From positions 1 to 38,100 of the forward strand of contig CANQQC010000001.1 in the NCBI GenBank assembly GCA_947625925.1: 38,100 nt of DNA, in the 5' to 3' direction. Shown here one piece after another: positions 1 to 8,504 of the stretch; the first letter of the stretch is position 1, and each line of letters starts with the position of its first letter. Source of the stretch: an uncultured Clostridia bacterium. Its GTDB lineage: Bacteria > Bacillota > Clostridia > TANB77 > CAG-508. Under the pieces are notes generated by a model, which had not been told where the DNA came from, did no database searches, and saw only the letters and a program-made list of their open reading frames with translations. The translations under genes were made by a program, and so were the position numbers.

Positions 1-677
1 ACACCTATTTTTTCACAAATTTCAATTGTAGTTTGTCTTGTAATACCATCTAATATTCCAACATGTATTGGAGGAGTGTATATTGCTCCATCTTTTACAA
101 TAAATATATTATCTCCTGTACATTCTGTAACAACACCATCTTCATTTAGCATTATTGCTTCTGCAGCACCTGCTCTATTTGCTTCTATTTTTGCTAACAT
201 ATTATTTAAATAGTTTAAAGATTTAATTTGTGGATCTACAATTGTTGCTTTATTTCTTCTTTGTGATGATGTAATTGCATTCATACCTTTTTTATACATC
301 TCTTCTGAATAAAGTCTTACATCACCAGCAATACAAATTATTTCAGGTTTTTCACATTTATCTGGATCTAATCCCAAATCACCAATTCCTCTTGTTACAA
401 TTAATCTTATATATCCGTTTTTTAAATTATTTTTTCTACAACTACTTGCTACAATTTCTGCCATTTCTTCTTTTGTTACAGGTATTTCAATTTTTACAGC
501 TTTTGCTGCATTATATAATCTTTCCATATGTTCTTCACATTTAAAAATTACTCCATCATATAATCTAATTCCTTCAAAAATACCATCTCCATATAATAAA
601 CCTCTATCAAATACAGATATTTTTGCGTTTTCTTTTTCATAAAACTCCCCATTTATATAAATATATTGTTTTTCCAT
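1..677 (-). CDS. ilvE: Branched-chain amino acid aminotransferase (class IV fold), N-terminal about 225 codons; the 3' end lies beyond the window start
   Basis: Absent from the ORF track because it is truncated. The reverse complement from ATG at 677..675 reads MEKQYIYINGEFYEKENAKISVFDRGLLYGDGIFEGIRLYDG...LIVTRGIGDLGLDP...SLNYLNNMLAKIEANRAGAAEAIMLNEDG and stays open to position 1. It lies 15 nt downstream of leuA. Confidence 0.85.
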   Translation of the reverse strand, partial: MEKQYIYINGEFYEKENAKISVFDRGLLYGDGIFEGIRLYDGVIFKCEEHMERLYNAAKAVKIEIPVTKEEMAEIVASSCRKNNLKNGYIRLIVTRGIGDLGLDPDKCEKPEIICIAGDVRLYSEEMYKKGMNAITSSQRRNKATIVDPQIKSLNYLNNMLAKIEANRAGAAEAIMLNEDGVVTECTGDNIFIVKDGAIYTPPIHVGILDGITRQTTIEICEKIG

Positions 678-692
678 ATTTTTTCATCCTTT

Positions 693-2366
693 CTATATTC
701 TATTTACTGCACTTAATACAGCATTTAAACTTGATTTTATAGTGCTTCTACTTTTTCCAACAGCCCATACTGATTTATGTTTTTTATTATCCTCAACCAT
801 TACATAAGTAATAGCGTTTGCTTTTTCTCCTTTGTTACTTGCTTCTTCTTGTGCATCTTGACTATAATATTTAAATTCAAAATCATATTCAAGCTGTTTT
901 AATATTGCTGTAAAAGCATCTACTGCTCCATTTCCAACTTCTTGTTTTTTTATTTTTTTATCATTTACTTCGAGAGTAACTTCGAGTTCAACATCATCAT
1001 CTTTTTCAGATTTTACATTATAATCAATTAATTTTACTTTATCTTTCCTATTTATATATTCACTTGAAAATGCCTCAAATATTTCTTTACTGTTTAACTC
1101 TCTTTCTTCTTTATCTGATACATCTTTTATATAATATCCTACTTCTTGCATCATTTGTTTAGGTATGTTATATCCATACTCATTTTTTAATAAAAATGAT
1201 ACTCCACCTTTTCCTGATTGACTGTTTATTCTTATAATAGGTTCATATTGTCTATTTATATCTGCTGGATCTATAGGTAAATATGGAACATCCCATTTTT
1301 CTGTTTTTTCCTCCTTTATAGCTTGTAAACTTTTTGATATAGCATCTTGATGAGATCCTGAAAAAGCAGTAAACACAAGTTCCCCTACATATGGATGTCT
1401 TGGACTTATTGGCATTTTTATATATTCTTCATATTTTTCTTTTAATTCATTTATATTAGAAAAATCTAATTTAGGATCAACCCCTGTAACATACATATTC
1501 ATTGCAATATTTAAAATATCTGCATTTCCTGTTCTTTCTCCATTTCCTAAAATTGATCCTTCTACTCTATCTGCACCTGCAAGCATTGCCATTTCTGATG
1601 TTGCAACTCCTGTACCTCTGTCATTATGTGAATGAACACTTATAATCATTTTATCTCTATCTAAAATGTTTTCAGATATATATTCAATTTGATCTGCAAA
1701 AACATTTGGGGTAGAACATTCTACTGTTGCAGGAAAGTTTATTATTGGTTTATTTTTAAGTGCTGGATACCAAATTTTAAGAATATCATTTACAACATCT
1801 ATTGCATAATCCATTTCAGTTGCAGTAAAGCTTTCTGGCGAATATTCAAAATACCAATTTGTCTGTGGATATTTTTTCATATTCTCTACTAAAAGTTTTG
1901 CTCCATCCGTTGCAATTTTTTTAACTTCTTCTTTATTCTTTTTAAAAACATATTTTCTTTGCGCTGTTGATGTTGAATTATATACATGAACTATTACATT
2001 TTTTGCTCCTTTTAATGATTCAAAAGTTTTTTCTATTATTTCTTTTCTAGCTTGTGTTAGTACTTGTATTTTTACATCATCAGGAATCATATTATTCTCA
2101 ATCAGGTATCTGGTAAATTTATACTCTGTTTCAGATGCAGCTGGAAATCCTATTTCAATTTCTTTAAATCCTATTCTTACTAAATATTTAAAAAATTCTA
2201 TTTTTTCTTTCATATTCATTGGATTTGCTAGAGCTTGATTTCCATCTCTTAAATCAACACTACACCATATTGGTGCTTTTGTTATTTCCTTATCTGTCCA
2301 TGTTCTCCTATTTGGTTTTTTCCAATCATACACTTTTTTGTACTTTTCAAAATTTTTCATTGCCAT
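693..2366 (-). CDS. leuA: 2-isopropylmalate synthase, long (about 557 aa) form
   Basis: The N-terminus WCSVDLRDGNQAL and the HSHNDRGTGVA metal-site motif are typical of the LeuA/HMGL-like fold. A C-terminal regulatory domain is present. The alternative start at the second ATG cannot be excluded. Confidence 0.9.
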   Translation of the reverse strand: MAMKNFEKYKKVYDWKKPNRRTWTDKEITKAPIWCSVDLRDGNQALANPMNMKEKIEFFKYLVRIGFKEIEIGFPAASETEYKFTRYLIENNMIPDDVKIQVLTQARKEIIEKTFESLKGAKNVIVHVYNSTSTAQRKYVFKKNKEEVKKIATDGAKLLVENMKKYPQTNWYFEYSPESFTATEMDYAIDVVNDILKIWYPALKNKPIINFPATVECSTPNVFADQIEYISENILDRDKMIISVHSHNDRGTGVATSEMAMLAGADRVEGSILGNGERTGNADILNIAMNMYVTGVDPKLDFSNINELKEKYEEYIKMPISPRHPYVGELVFTAFSGSHQDAISKSLQAIKEEKTEKWDVPYLPIDPADINRQYEPIIRINSQSGKGGVSFLLKNEYGYNIPKQMMQEVGYYIKDVSDKEERELNSKEIFEAFSSEYINRKDKVKLIDYNVKSEKDDDVELEVTLEVNDKKIKKQEVGNGAVDAFTAILKQLEYDFEFKYYSQDAQEEASNKGEKANAITYVMVEDNKKHKSVWAVGKSRSTIKSSLNAVLSAVNRI

Positions 2367-2392
2367 CTTCCTTCCTTTTTATCTTTAGATAC

Positions 2393-2442
2393 AAAACAAA
2401 ACACATCTCTTATTTATATAATATAGAGATGTGTTTTGTTTT
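2393..2442 (-). terminator. Intrinsic terminator/attenuator hairpin in the leuA leader
   Basis: Perfect 18-nt inverted repeat, aaaacaaaacacatctct (2393..2410) and agagatgtgttttgtttt (2425..2442), with a 14-nt loop. On the minus-strand RNA the GC-containing core CACAUCUCU/AGAGAUGUG is followed by UUUUGUUUUGUAU. The hairpin ends about 25 nt before the leuA ATG. Confidence 0.65.
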
Positions 2443-2536
2443 ATATCCTTTTATTATTTTTTTATTTATTTTGTTTTTATTTTTATTTTTTAACTTATCA
2501 ATTACTTAATAAGTATATTTTACATATCACAAAAGC

Positions 2537-2574
2537 TCTCTATATTATTATTATACTTTAATAATAATTAGAGA
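2537..2574 (-). promoter_or_regulatory. Candidate region 1:2 hairpin of the attenuator; region 2 can alternatively pair with the terminator 5' arm
   Basis: Minus-strand RNA UCUCUAAUUAUUAUUA (2574..2559, leader codons 15-20) can pair with UAAUAAUAAUAUAGAGA (2553..2537). That gives 16 bp with one bulged A and a 5-nt loop. Within region 2, AUAAUAUAGAGA is a perfect 12-nt complement of UCUCUAUAUUAU (2429..2418), which is the end of the terminator 5' arm plus the loop. Pairings were worked out by hand; no energies were computed. Confidence 0.4.
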
Positions 2575-2616
2575 TAGGAGATTTAATATGTTGTTAATTT
2601 TTACTGTGCTTACCAT
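2551..2616 (-). CDS. Candidate BCAA leader peptide, 21 aa (MVSTVKINNILNLLSLIIIKV)
   Basis: ATG at 2616..2614 is preceded by AAAGGAGGAG. The ORF has 4 Leu (TTA, CTC, CTA, CTA), 5 Ile and 3 Val codons. It ends in three tandem TAA codons (2553..2545). It lies between a strong promoter and the terminator upstream of leuA. Confidence 0.5.
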   Translation of the reverse strand: MVSTVKINNILNLLSLIIIKV

Positions 2617-2650
2617 TTTTTATAGCTCCTCCTTTTGAAATACATTAAAT

Positions 2651-2679
2651 AGTATAGCATATCAAACTTTCTATGTCAA
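2651..2679 (-). promoter_or_regulatory. Sigma-A type promoter for the leuA leader transcript
   Basis: On the minus strand: TTGACA (2679..2674), a 17-nt spacer, then TGcTATACT (extended -10; the -10 hexamer is 2656..2651). It sits just after the stop of the upstream NUDIX gene. Confidence 0.6.
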
Positions 2680-2694
2680 TACAATTATATTTTA

Positions 2695-3165
2695 TTAAAT
2701 ATCTTTATTTATTTTATGCCTTGGAAATTTGTTTTCTTTTAAAAGTTCTTTTAAACATTTAGGTTGTATATTATATTTTTCAATTCTGCTTATATCTATC
2801 CATTCATAACATAAATAATCTTTGCCCTCTATGTTTTTTAATGTATGTTCTATTTTTTTATCTTCTTCATTCTTAAATTCAATTTTATATACAAACATTA
2901 TCTCATGACATTTTTGTCCATCCATATCAAAGAAATTTTCTATTGTAGTTAAATATTTTTCTATTTCAATTTCTTTTCCTATTTCTTCTTCCATTTCTCT
3001 TTTTATTGAGCATTCTGAATTTTCCCCTAATATTACTCTTCCTCCTGGTAAACAAATATGTCCTTCATTTAAATCTTTATGAACTAATACTTTATTATTA
3101 TGAATTATTATTCCAGTAGTTCTGATATTTAATCTTTTATCTTTAATATCAATTGTTAAATCCAT
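2695..3165 (-). CDS. NUDIX hydrolase
   Basis: Nudix box GGRVILGENSECSIKREMEEEIG (GX5EX7REUXEEXGU pattern); 156 aa. Confidence 0.85.
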   Translation of the reverse strand: MDLTIDIKDKRLNIRTTGIIIHNNKVLVHKDLNEGHICLPGGRVILGENSECSIKREMEEEIGKEIEIEKYLTTIENFFDMDGQKCHEIMFVYKIEFKNEEDKKIEHTLKNIEGKDYLCYEWIDISRIEKYNIQPKCLKELLKENKFPRHKINKDI

Positions 3166-3185
3166 ATAATTACTCCTCTTAATAT

Positions 3186-3737
3186 TTAATGGTTTTCTAC
3201 ATTTTCAAATAAAGATACATTATCCTCTAATAAAGCTTTACTAATTTCAATTCCTGTATCAGTTTTTGTTAAATCAGCATCTAAAATTGTTATAGGATTA
3301 CAACCTCCGGCATCTTCTGCACCTATTGATTCAAAATCAAATATATTACCACAGTTTTGGCATACTAATTTATTTCTTTCTTGAGTAAAATATGCTTTTG
3401 GTGATCCATTACATACTTGACATGTATTAAATGCTACATCAATATTATCATTTTTATCTTTAATTGCTACTAATTCAACTTCTTTTCCTGATTCAGTTTT
3501 ATATGTTATAAATGTTACATTTGAAGTATCTAAATTTGATGCATCTATTACTATATTTCCACTTTCATTTAAAATTGCTTCCATTTTTTTACTTACACTA
3601 CTGTTTGTTTTTTCTGCAGTTTTTTGAGTGTTTTCTTGAACAACATTATTTTTATTATTTTTTGGTATAAAAACTATTACACAAATTGCTACAATCACCA
3701 CTATAACTGCAACTATTGGTAAAATTTTATTTTTCAT
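3186..3737 (-). CDS. Membrane-anchored Cys-rich protein, DUF2318-like
   Basis: N-terminal TM helix (ILPIVAVIVVIVAICVIVFI). Motifs CQVCNGS...CQNCGNIF...GGCNPITI match my recollection of the DUF2318 zinc-ribbon-like pattern. It starts 4 nt after copA ends. Confidence 0.65.
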   Translation of the reverse strand: MKNKILPIVAVIVVIVAICVIVFIPKNNKNNVVQENTQKTAEKTNSSVSKKMEAILNESGNIVIDASNLDTSNVTFITYKTESGKEVELVAIKDKNDNIDVAFNTCQVCNGSPKAYFTQERNKLVCQNCGNIFDFESIGAEDAGGCNPITILDADLTKTDTGIEISKALLEDNVSLFENVENH

Positions 3738-3741
3738 AATT

Positions 3742-5953
3742 TTAACTCTCCTTTATCCTTTTTAATCTTAGAGCATTTAATATTACTGTTATGCTACTCA
3801 ATACCATAGCTAAACTCGCAATCATTGGAGTTATTGAAATTCCTATTGGTTTTAAACCTCCTATAGCAATTGGTATCATTAGTAAATTATAGAAAAAAGC
3901 CCAAAATAAATTTTGTTTAATATTTCTAATTGTTTTTTTACTAATATTTATTAAGTTAATAATACTTATTAAATCATTTCTTGTAAGTATTACATCTGAT
4001 GAGTCCATTGCGATATCTGTTCCAGTGTTTACACTAACACCTATATCACTTATTGTTAAAGCCGGACTATCGTTTATTCCGTCACCACACATCATAACAA
4101 ATTTATTTTCTTTTTTAAGATCCTTTATTGTTTGAGATTTTTCATTTGGCATAACATTCGCTATTACTTTTGTTATACCTATGCTTTTAGCAATTTTATT
4201 AGCAGTATTTATATTATCACCTGTTAACATTATAGTTTCAATATTTTTTTCGTTTAAAATCGAAACAACTTTTTTTGCATTTTCTCTAACAATATCATTT
4301 ATCCCTATAATAGCTATTATTTCATTATTTTTCACAACATAAACTATGCTATTTCCATTTTCAGATAATTTATCCTCATCTTCTTTATGTGTGTTTTCTA
4401 TATTATATTTTGTAAGCATTTTTGAATTTCCAAGTAATATTTCATCTTCTTTAATTTTTGCTTTAATACCCATTCCCGTTATATTTTCAAAACTATTTAC
4501 ATCTATAGTTTTTATATTATTTTCTTCTAAATAATCTGTAAATGCTTTTCCAATAGGATGTGTTGATTTTTCTTCAATGCTTCCTACCATCTGTAATAAT
4601 TTATCTTTTTTAGATTTATCATATTGTATAACTTTAGCTATCTTTAATTTTCCATATGTTAGAGTTCCTGTTTTATCAAAAACAATTGTATTTACTTTTT
4701 GTGCATTTTCTAATATTTCACTTTTCTTTACAAGTATTCCCCTACTTGCACATAAACCTTCTGAAACCACAATAGCAAGTGGTGTTGCAAGTCCTAAACT
4801 ACAAGGACAAGCAACTACTAATACTGTAACAAAAGTTATAATTGCATTTTCAATTCCTTGACCTATAAATAAATATACTAAAAAGGTTAATATAGCTATA
4901 ATTATTACTACAGGTACAAAAATTCCAGACACTTTATCTGCTATTTTAGCAATTGGTGCTTTTGTATTACTAGCTTCAACAACTAATTTTACAATTTCAG
5001 AAATTGTTGATTCTTTTCCAATCTTCTCTGCTTTATATTCTATATATCCATCATAATTTATACTTCCTGCAATAACTTTATTCCCTTTTTCTTTTACAAC
5101 AGGCTTACTTTCACCAGTTATGAATGATTCATCTAAATGAGCTTTACCTTTTATTATTTCACCGGTCTACAGCAATTTTCTCTCCAGGTTTTGCAATAAC
5201 TATATCTCCTTTTGTTATTTCATCTAAAGTCACTTCTTTTTCTTTTCCATCAACTTTTATTATCGCTGAATTTGGTGTTATTTTTACTAATTTTTGAATA
5301 GCTTCTTTAGTTTTATCTTTACTAATTCCATCTATATATCTACCAAGTTTTATAAAGTAAATAACTATCGCAGCTGACTCAAAATATAAATTCATTACTT
5401 GATGATGATTTCCCATCAATACTTTGTACATACTATATATACTAAATAGTAAACTTGATAAAACTCCAATTCCTACTAAAGTATCCATATTTGGTGTTTT
5501 ATGGATTAAATTTTTATATCCATTTTTTAATATATCAAATCCATACCATAAAAAAGCAATAGTTAATAACAATAAACTTATCATATAGTTAGTAGAATTA
5601 GAATGTGGATCAATAAATTTTATTGTAGGTAAATTAGCCATATGTCCCATTGAAATATACATTAATAGAATAGCAAGGACAGTAAAGATAATAAACTTTA
5701 TTTTTTCTTTTTTATTTTTTGTTTCAGTTTTTATTTCTTTAAACTCTCCTAAGCTTTTAAATCCCGCTTGTTTTACAAACTCTTCTAACTGCTCTATATC
5801 AAGTTTACTTTCATCATACTCAATTGTTGCATTTGCCATAACTAAATTAACATTTGCTTGTTTTATATCTTTTTGCTTATTTAAATATTTTTCTAACCCA
5901 TTAGAACAAGCAGAACAAGTCATTCCATCGATAGATAAAATTATTTTTTTCAT
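3742..5953 (-). pseudogene. copA: Cu(I)-translocating P1B-1 ATPase interrupted by a single-base frameshift near 5164
   Basis: The 5' ORF (5159..5953) has the HMA motif GMTCSAC and TM helices, and ends ...GEKIAVDR*. Dropping one C from GACCGGTGAA (5167..5158) gives ...VDGEIIKGKAHLDESFITGESKPV..., which runs without stops into ORF 3742..4932. That ORF carries CPC, DKTGT, GDGINDSP, the YN motif and MVLSS. The likely true start is ATG 5953 (AAGGAA, 7 nt, then ATG). Confidence 0.85.
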
Positions 5954-5968
5954 AAGCAATTTCCTTTC

Positions 5969-6172
5969 TTATTTCACATCATATCCAATATCTTCAATCT
6001 TTTCTTTTATTAGTGTTTCACTTATATCTTGATTTAATGTGACTTTTACAGTTCCATCTTCATGATTTGCTACTACTTCTTCTACTTCTTTTATTGTCTT
6101 TAATGCATTTTGTACTCTATTTTCACATCCTTTACACATCATTCCTTCAACTTTAAAAGTTATTTCTTTCAT
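5969..6172 (-). CDS. copZ: Copper chaperone (HMA domain)
   Basis: 67 aa with motif GMMCKGC in a ferredoxin-like HMA layout. It lies immediately upstream of copA. Confidence 0.85.
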   Translation of the reverse strand: MKEITFKVEGMMCKGCENRVQNALKTIKEVEEVVANHEDGTVKVTLNQDISETLIKEKIEDIGYDVK

Positions 6173-6194
6173 TTTAAATTCCTCCTTTTTTTTA

Positions 6195-6890
6195 TTATTT
6201 CCTTTTTTCGTTATTTATGATGCTCTTTATTATTCCTAAATCACCATATGTTGTAATCTTTATGTTTGAATAATCTCCTTCTATTATCTTAATTTTATAA
6301 TTATCTTTTTCAAGCAACATACAATCATCAGTTACTTCATTATCTCTATATTTTTCATGCATTTGTAATAAAACATTTCTATCAAAACATTGAGGAGTTT
6401 GAATTACCCATGTGTTAGCTCTATTAGTAGTGCTTTCTACTACATTATTATCATTAGCAATCTTTATGGTATCTTTAGCTTTTACTCCTATTGTAACTCC
6501 TTTAAATTCATTCATACTTTCAATACATTTATTTATATATTCTTGTCTAACTGCTGGTCTTGCTCCATCATGTATTATTACTATATCAGAATCAGTAACT
6601 TTTATACAATTATATACTGAATCACTTCTTTCTTTTCCACCTTGAATTACTTCAACTTTTTTTGTTGGTTTTTCATTTTTTATTATAGCTTTTACATTTT
6701 CAATTTCTTCTTTTTTTGTAGCTATTATTATATCATCTATATAATTATTTTTATCAAATATATTTAAACTATATGATAAAACTGTTTTTTCTTTAGATAC
6801 CTCTTCAAAGTTTTTATTTCTATTTTGACCATATCTCACACTATTACCAGCTGCCAAAATTATTGCTGTAACCTTTTTTTCGTTTTTCAT
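6195..6890 (-). CDS. ispD: 2-C-methyl-D-erythritol 4-phosphate cytidylyltransferase
   Basis: AIILAAGNSVRYG P-loop-like motif and VIIHDGARP motif. I place the start at MKNEKK (ATG 6890..6888), which overlaps the ispE stop in TAATG. The ORF-track start at 6929 lies inside ispE. Confidence 0.85.
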   Translation of the reverse strand: MKNEKKVTAIILAAGNSVRYGQNRNKNFEEVSKEKTVLSYSLNIFDKNNYIDDIIIATKKEEIENVKAIIKNEKPTKKVEVIQGGKERSDSVYNCIKVTDSDIVIIHDGARPAVRQEYINKCIESMNEFKGVTIGVKAKDTIKIANDNNVVESTTNRANTWVIQTPQCFDRNVLLQMHEKYRDNEVTDDCMLLEKDNYKIKIIEGDYSNIKITTYGDLGIIKSIINNEKRK

Positions 6891-7762
6891 TATAATATTT
6901 CCTCCCTTTTTGAGTTGTATGAAGTACATATATATGTCTGATATCTTTCTTTTAATTTTCTATATGCTTTTTTTGCAACTTGTTTATCTTTAAATATTCC
7001 ATAAACACATGAACCAGCACCTGTCATCAAACTTTGTATTGCCCCTGTTTTTTTAAGCTCGTTTTTTAATTTCTTTATTAAATCTTTTTCCTTAATAACA
7101 TTTTCAAAAACATTATACATGTTGTTTTTTAGTAAATCTAATTTTTTGCTTTCTAATGCTTCTATTATCTTGTCTGATTGATCAACCTGTTTAATTTCTT
7201 CTTTACTATCTATTCTTTTATACATATTTTTTGTATTAAAAGATATTTTTGGTTTTATTATCAAAATATAGTATTTGATATCTGTTTTTAATTTTGTTAT
7301 TATATTTCCTATACCTTCGGCTTTTATAGCTGTATTATACATACAAGGAACTACATCTGCTCCTAAGGATTTCCCTATATCTTTCATTTCTTTTTTAGAT
7401 AAATTTAAATTAAATAATTTATTCATACAAACAATAAAGTTTGCACAATCTGTACTTCCTCCTGCTAGTCCCGCTTCCATAGGAATTTTTTTATTTATAC
7501 TTACTTTAACTCCACCAACATTGTTAGTTCTTTCCTTCAATTTCATATATGCCTTATATATAATGTTATCTTCATTATTCAATTCTTTTATATTAGTATT
7601 CAATTCAATAGTATTAGTATCAGTTTTTTCTATATATAGTTCATCATATAAACTAATCTTTTGAAAAATAGATCTTATATTATGATAATTATCTTCTCTT
7701 TTATTTAAAACTAATAAGTTCAAGTTAATTTTTGCCCTTGCTTTTTTATATATTGTATTCAT
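6890..7762 (-). CDS. ispE: 4-diphosphocytidyl-2-C-methyl-D-erythritol kinase
   Basis: GHMP-kinase layout: AKINLNLLV N-terminus and PMEAGLAGGSTD ATP-binding motif; 290 aa. Confidence 0.85.
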   Translation of the reverse strand: MNTIYKKARAKINLNLLVLNKREDNYHNIRSIFQKISLYDELYIEKTDTNTIELNTNIKELNNEDNIIYKAYMKLKERTNNVGGVKVSINKKIPMEAGLAGGSTDCANFIVCMNKLFNLNLSKKEMKDIGKSLGADVVPCMYNTAIKAEGIGNIITKLKTDIKYYILIIKPKISFNTKNMYKRIDSKEEIKQVDQSDKIIEALESKKLDLLKNNMYNVFENVIKEKDLIKKLKNELKKTGAIQSLMTGAGSCVYGIFKDKQVAKKAYRKLKERYQTYICTSYNSKREEIL

Positions 7763-7791
7763 TAATTTAATTTCCCCTATATTTAATTTCT

Positions 7792-7826
7792 TTAAAAAAT
7801 AGAGTTCACATAGTAACTCTATTTAA
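7792..7826 (-). terminator. Intrinsic terminator after rdgB
   Basis: The stem aatagagtt (7798..7806) / aactctatt (7816..7824) is followed on the minus strand by UUUUUU. Confidence 0.65.
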
Positions 7827-7891
7827 CACTTTAATATTCTAACATAAAGTGACAAAATTTTCCACTATATTTCAAATATTTAAAAATTAGT

Positions 7892-8473
7892 TTAATATTT
7901 TAATTTTTCTAACTCTATCTTTAATTGTTCTAAAGCTTTTTTTCTTGCACTTATTTTGTTCTTTTCTTCTTGTGATAACTGAGCTAAAGTCTTTCCATTT
8001 TCAAGTTCAAATATCTCGTCAAACCCAAATCCATTTTCTCCTCTTATATCCTCAGCTATATATCCTTCTATACTCCCAATAGCTGTAACTGTTTTTTTGC
8101 CATTTGATGCAGCCATTGCAGTACTATATTTTACTTTTCTTTTTTCTTTCGGAACTCCTTCTAGCTTTTCTAATATTGCTAGATTTTTCTCTCTATCTGT
8201 ACCAGGATGCCATCTTTTCGTACGAACTCCTGGAAATCCTCCTAAATATTCTATTTCTATTCCTGAATCATCTGCAATAACTATTTGTCCATTTATTATT
8301 TTAGCAATTTCTTCAGCTTTTTTTATTGCATTTCCTAGAGAAGTTTCTTGGTCTTCTTCAACTTCTATATTTATTCCTAGTTCCTTCATTGGTATAATTT
8401 CATAATCTTCTAATATTTGTTTTGCTTCTACAATTTTACCTTTATTTCCTGATGCCATTATTATCCTTTTCAT
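7892..8473 (-). CDS. rdgB: Non-canonical purine NTP pyrophosphatase (ITPase/HAM1 family)
   Basis: N-terminus ASGNKGKIVE, plus DDSGIEIEYLGGFPGV and FGFDEIF motifs; 193 aa. Confidence 0.85.
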   Translation of the reverse strand: MKRIIMASGNKGKIVEAKQILEDYEIIPMKELGINIEVEEDQETSLGNAIKKAEEIAKIINGQIVIADDSGIEIEYLGGFPGVRTKRWHPGTDREKNLAILEKLEGVPKEKRKVKYSTAMAASNGKKTVTAIGSIEGYIAEDIRGENGFGFDEIFELENGKTLAQLSQEEKNKISARKKALEQLKIELEKLKY

Positions 8474-8504
8474 TTTTTATTTATCTCCTTATATTTTCAA
8501 TTTA

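Noticed and set aside
2443-2536. Long run of phased T tracts (A-rich on the minus strand) that looked like a repeat array
   Set aside because: I found no repeating unit of constant length or sequence. It is best read as the unstructured A-rich spacer between attenuator regions 2 and 3.
2367-2694. Possible Leu T-box riboswitch in the leuA leader
   Set aside because: I could not find the conserved T-box sequence (…GGTGGTACC…-like) or a specifier-loop/AGAGA-box arrangement on the minus strand. The region is almost devoid of G/C outside the terminator. The leader-peptide model fits better, but cmscan should confirm this.
3742-4932. The 396-aa ORF treated as an independent gene for a short P-type ATPase
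   Set aside because: It begins with GTG in the middle of the conserved region preceding TM helix 5. It lacks the actuator domain and the first TM helices. The same frame is open upstream to the frameshift site, so it is the 3' part of copA.
5150-5175. Programmed +1 ribosomal frameshift in copA, at the rare CGG codon followed by UGA
   Set aside because: There is no slippery P-site codon that could re-pair in the +1 frame. No SD-like stimulator sits at the prfB-type spacing; GGAGAG lies about 15 nt upstream. The site is inside the actuator domain, where a truncated product has no obvious role. A mutation or sequencing error is more parsimonious. This differs from the known E. coli copA -1 frameshift, which occurs after the first HMA domain.
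7827-7891. Extended -10-like TGtTAGAAT between the rdgB stop and its terminator
   Set aside because: It has no matching -35 hexamer at 16-18 nt and lies upstream of the terminator hairpin. In DNA this AT-rich, such hexamers occur by chance.
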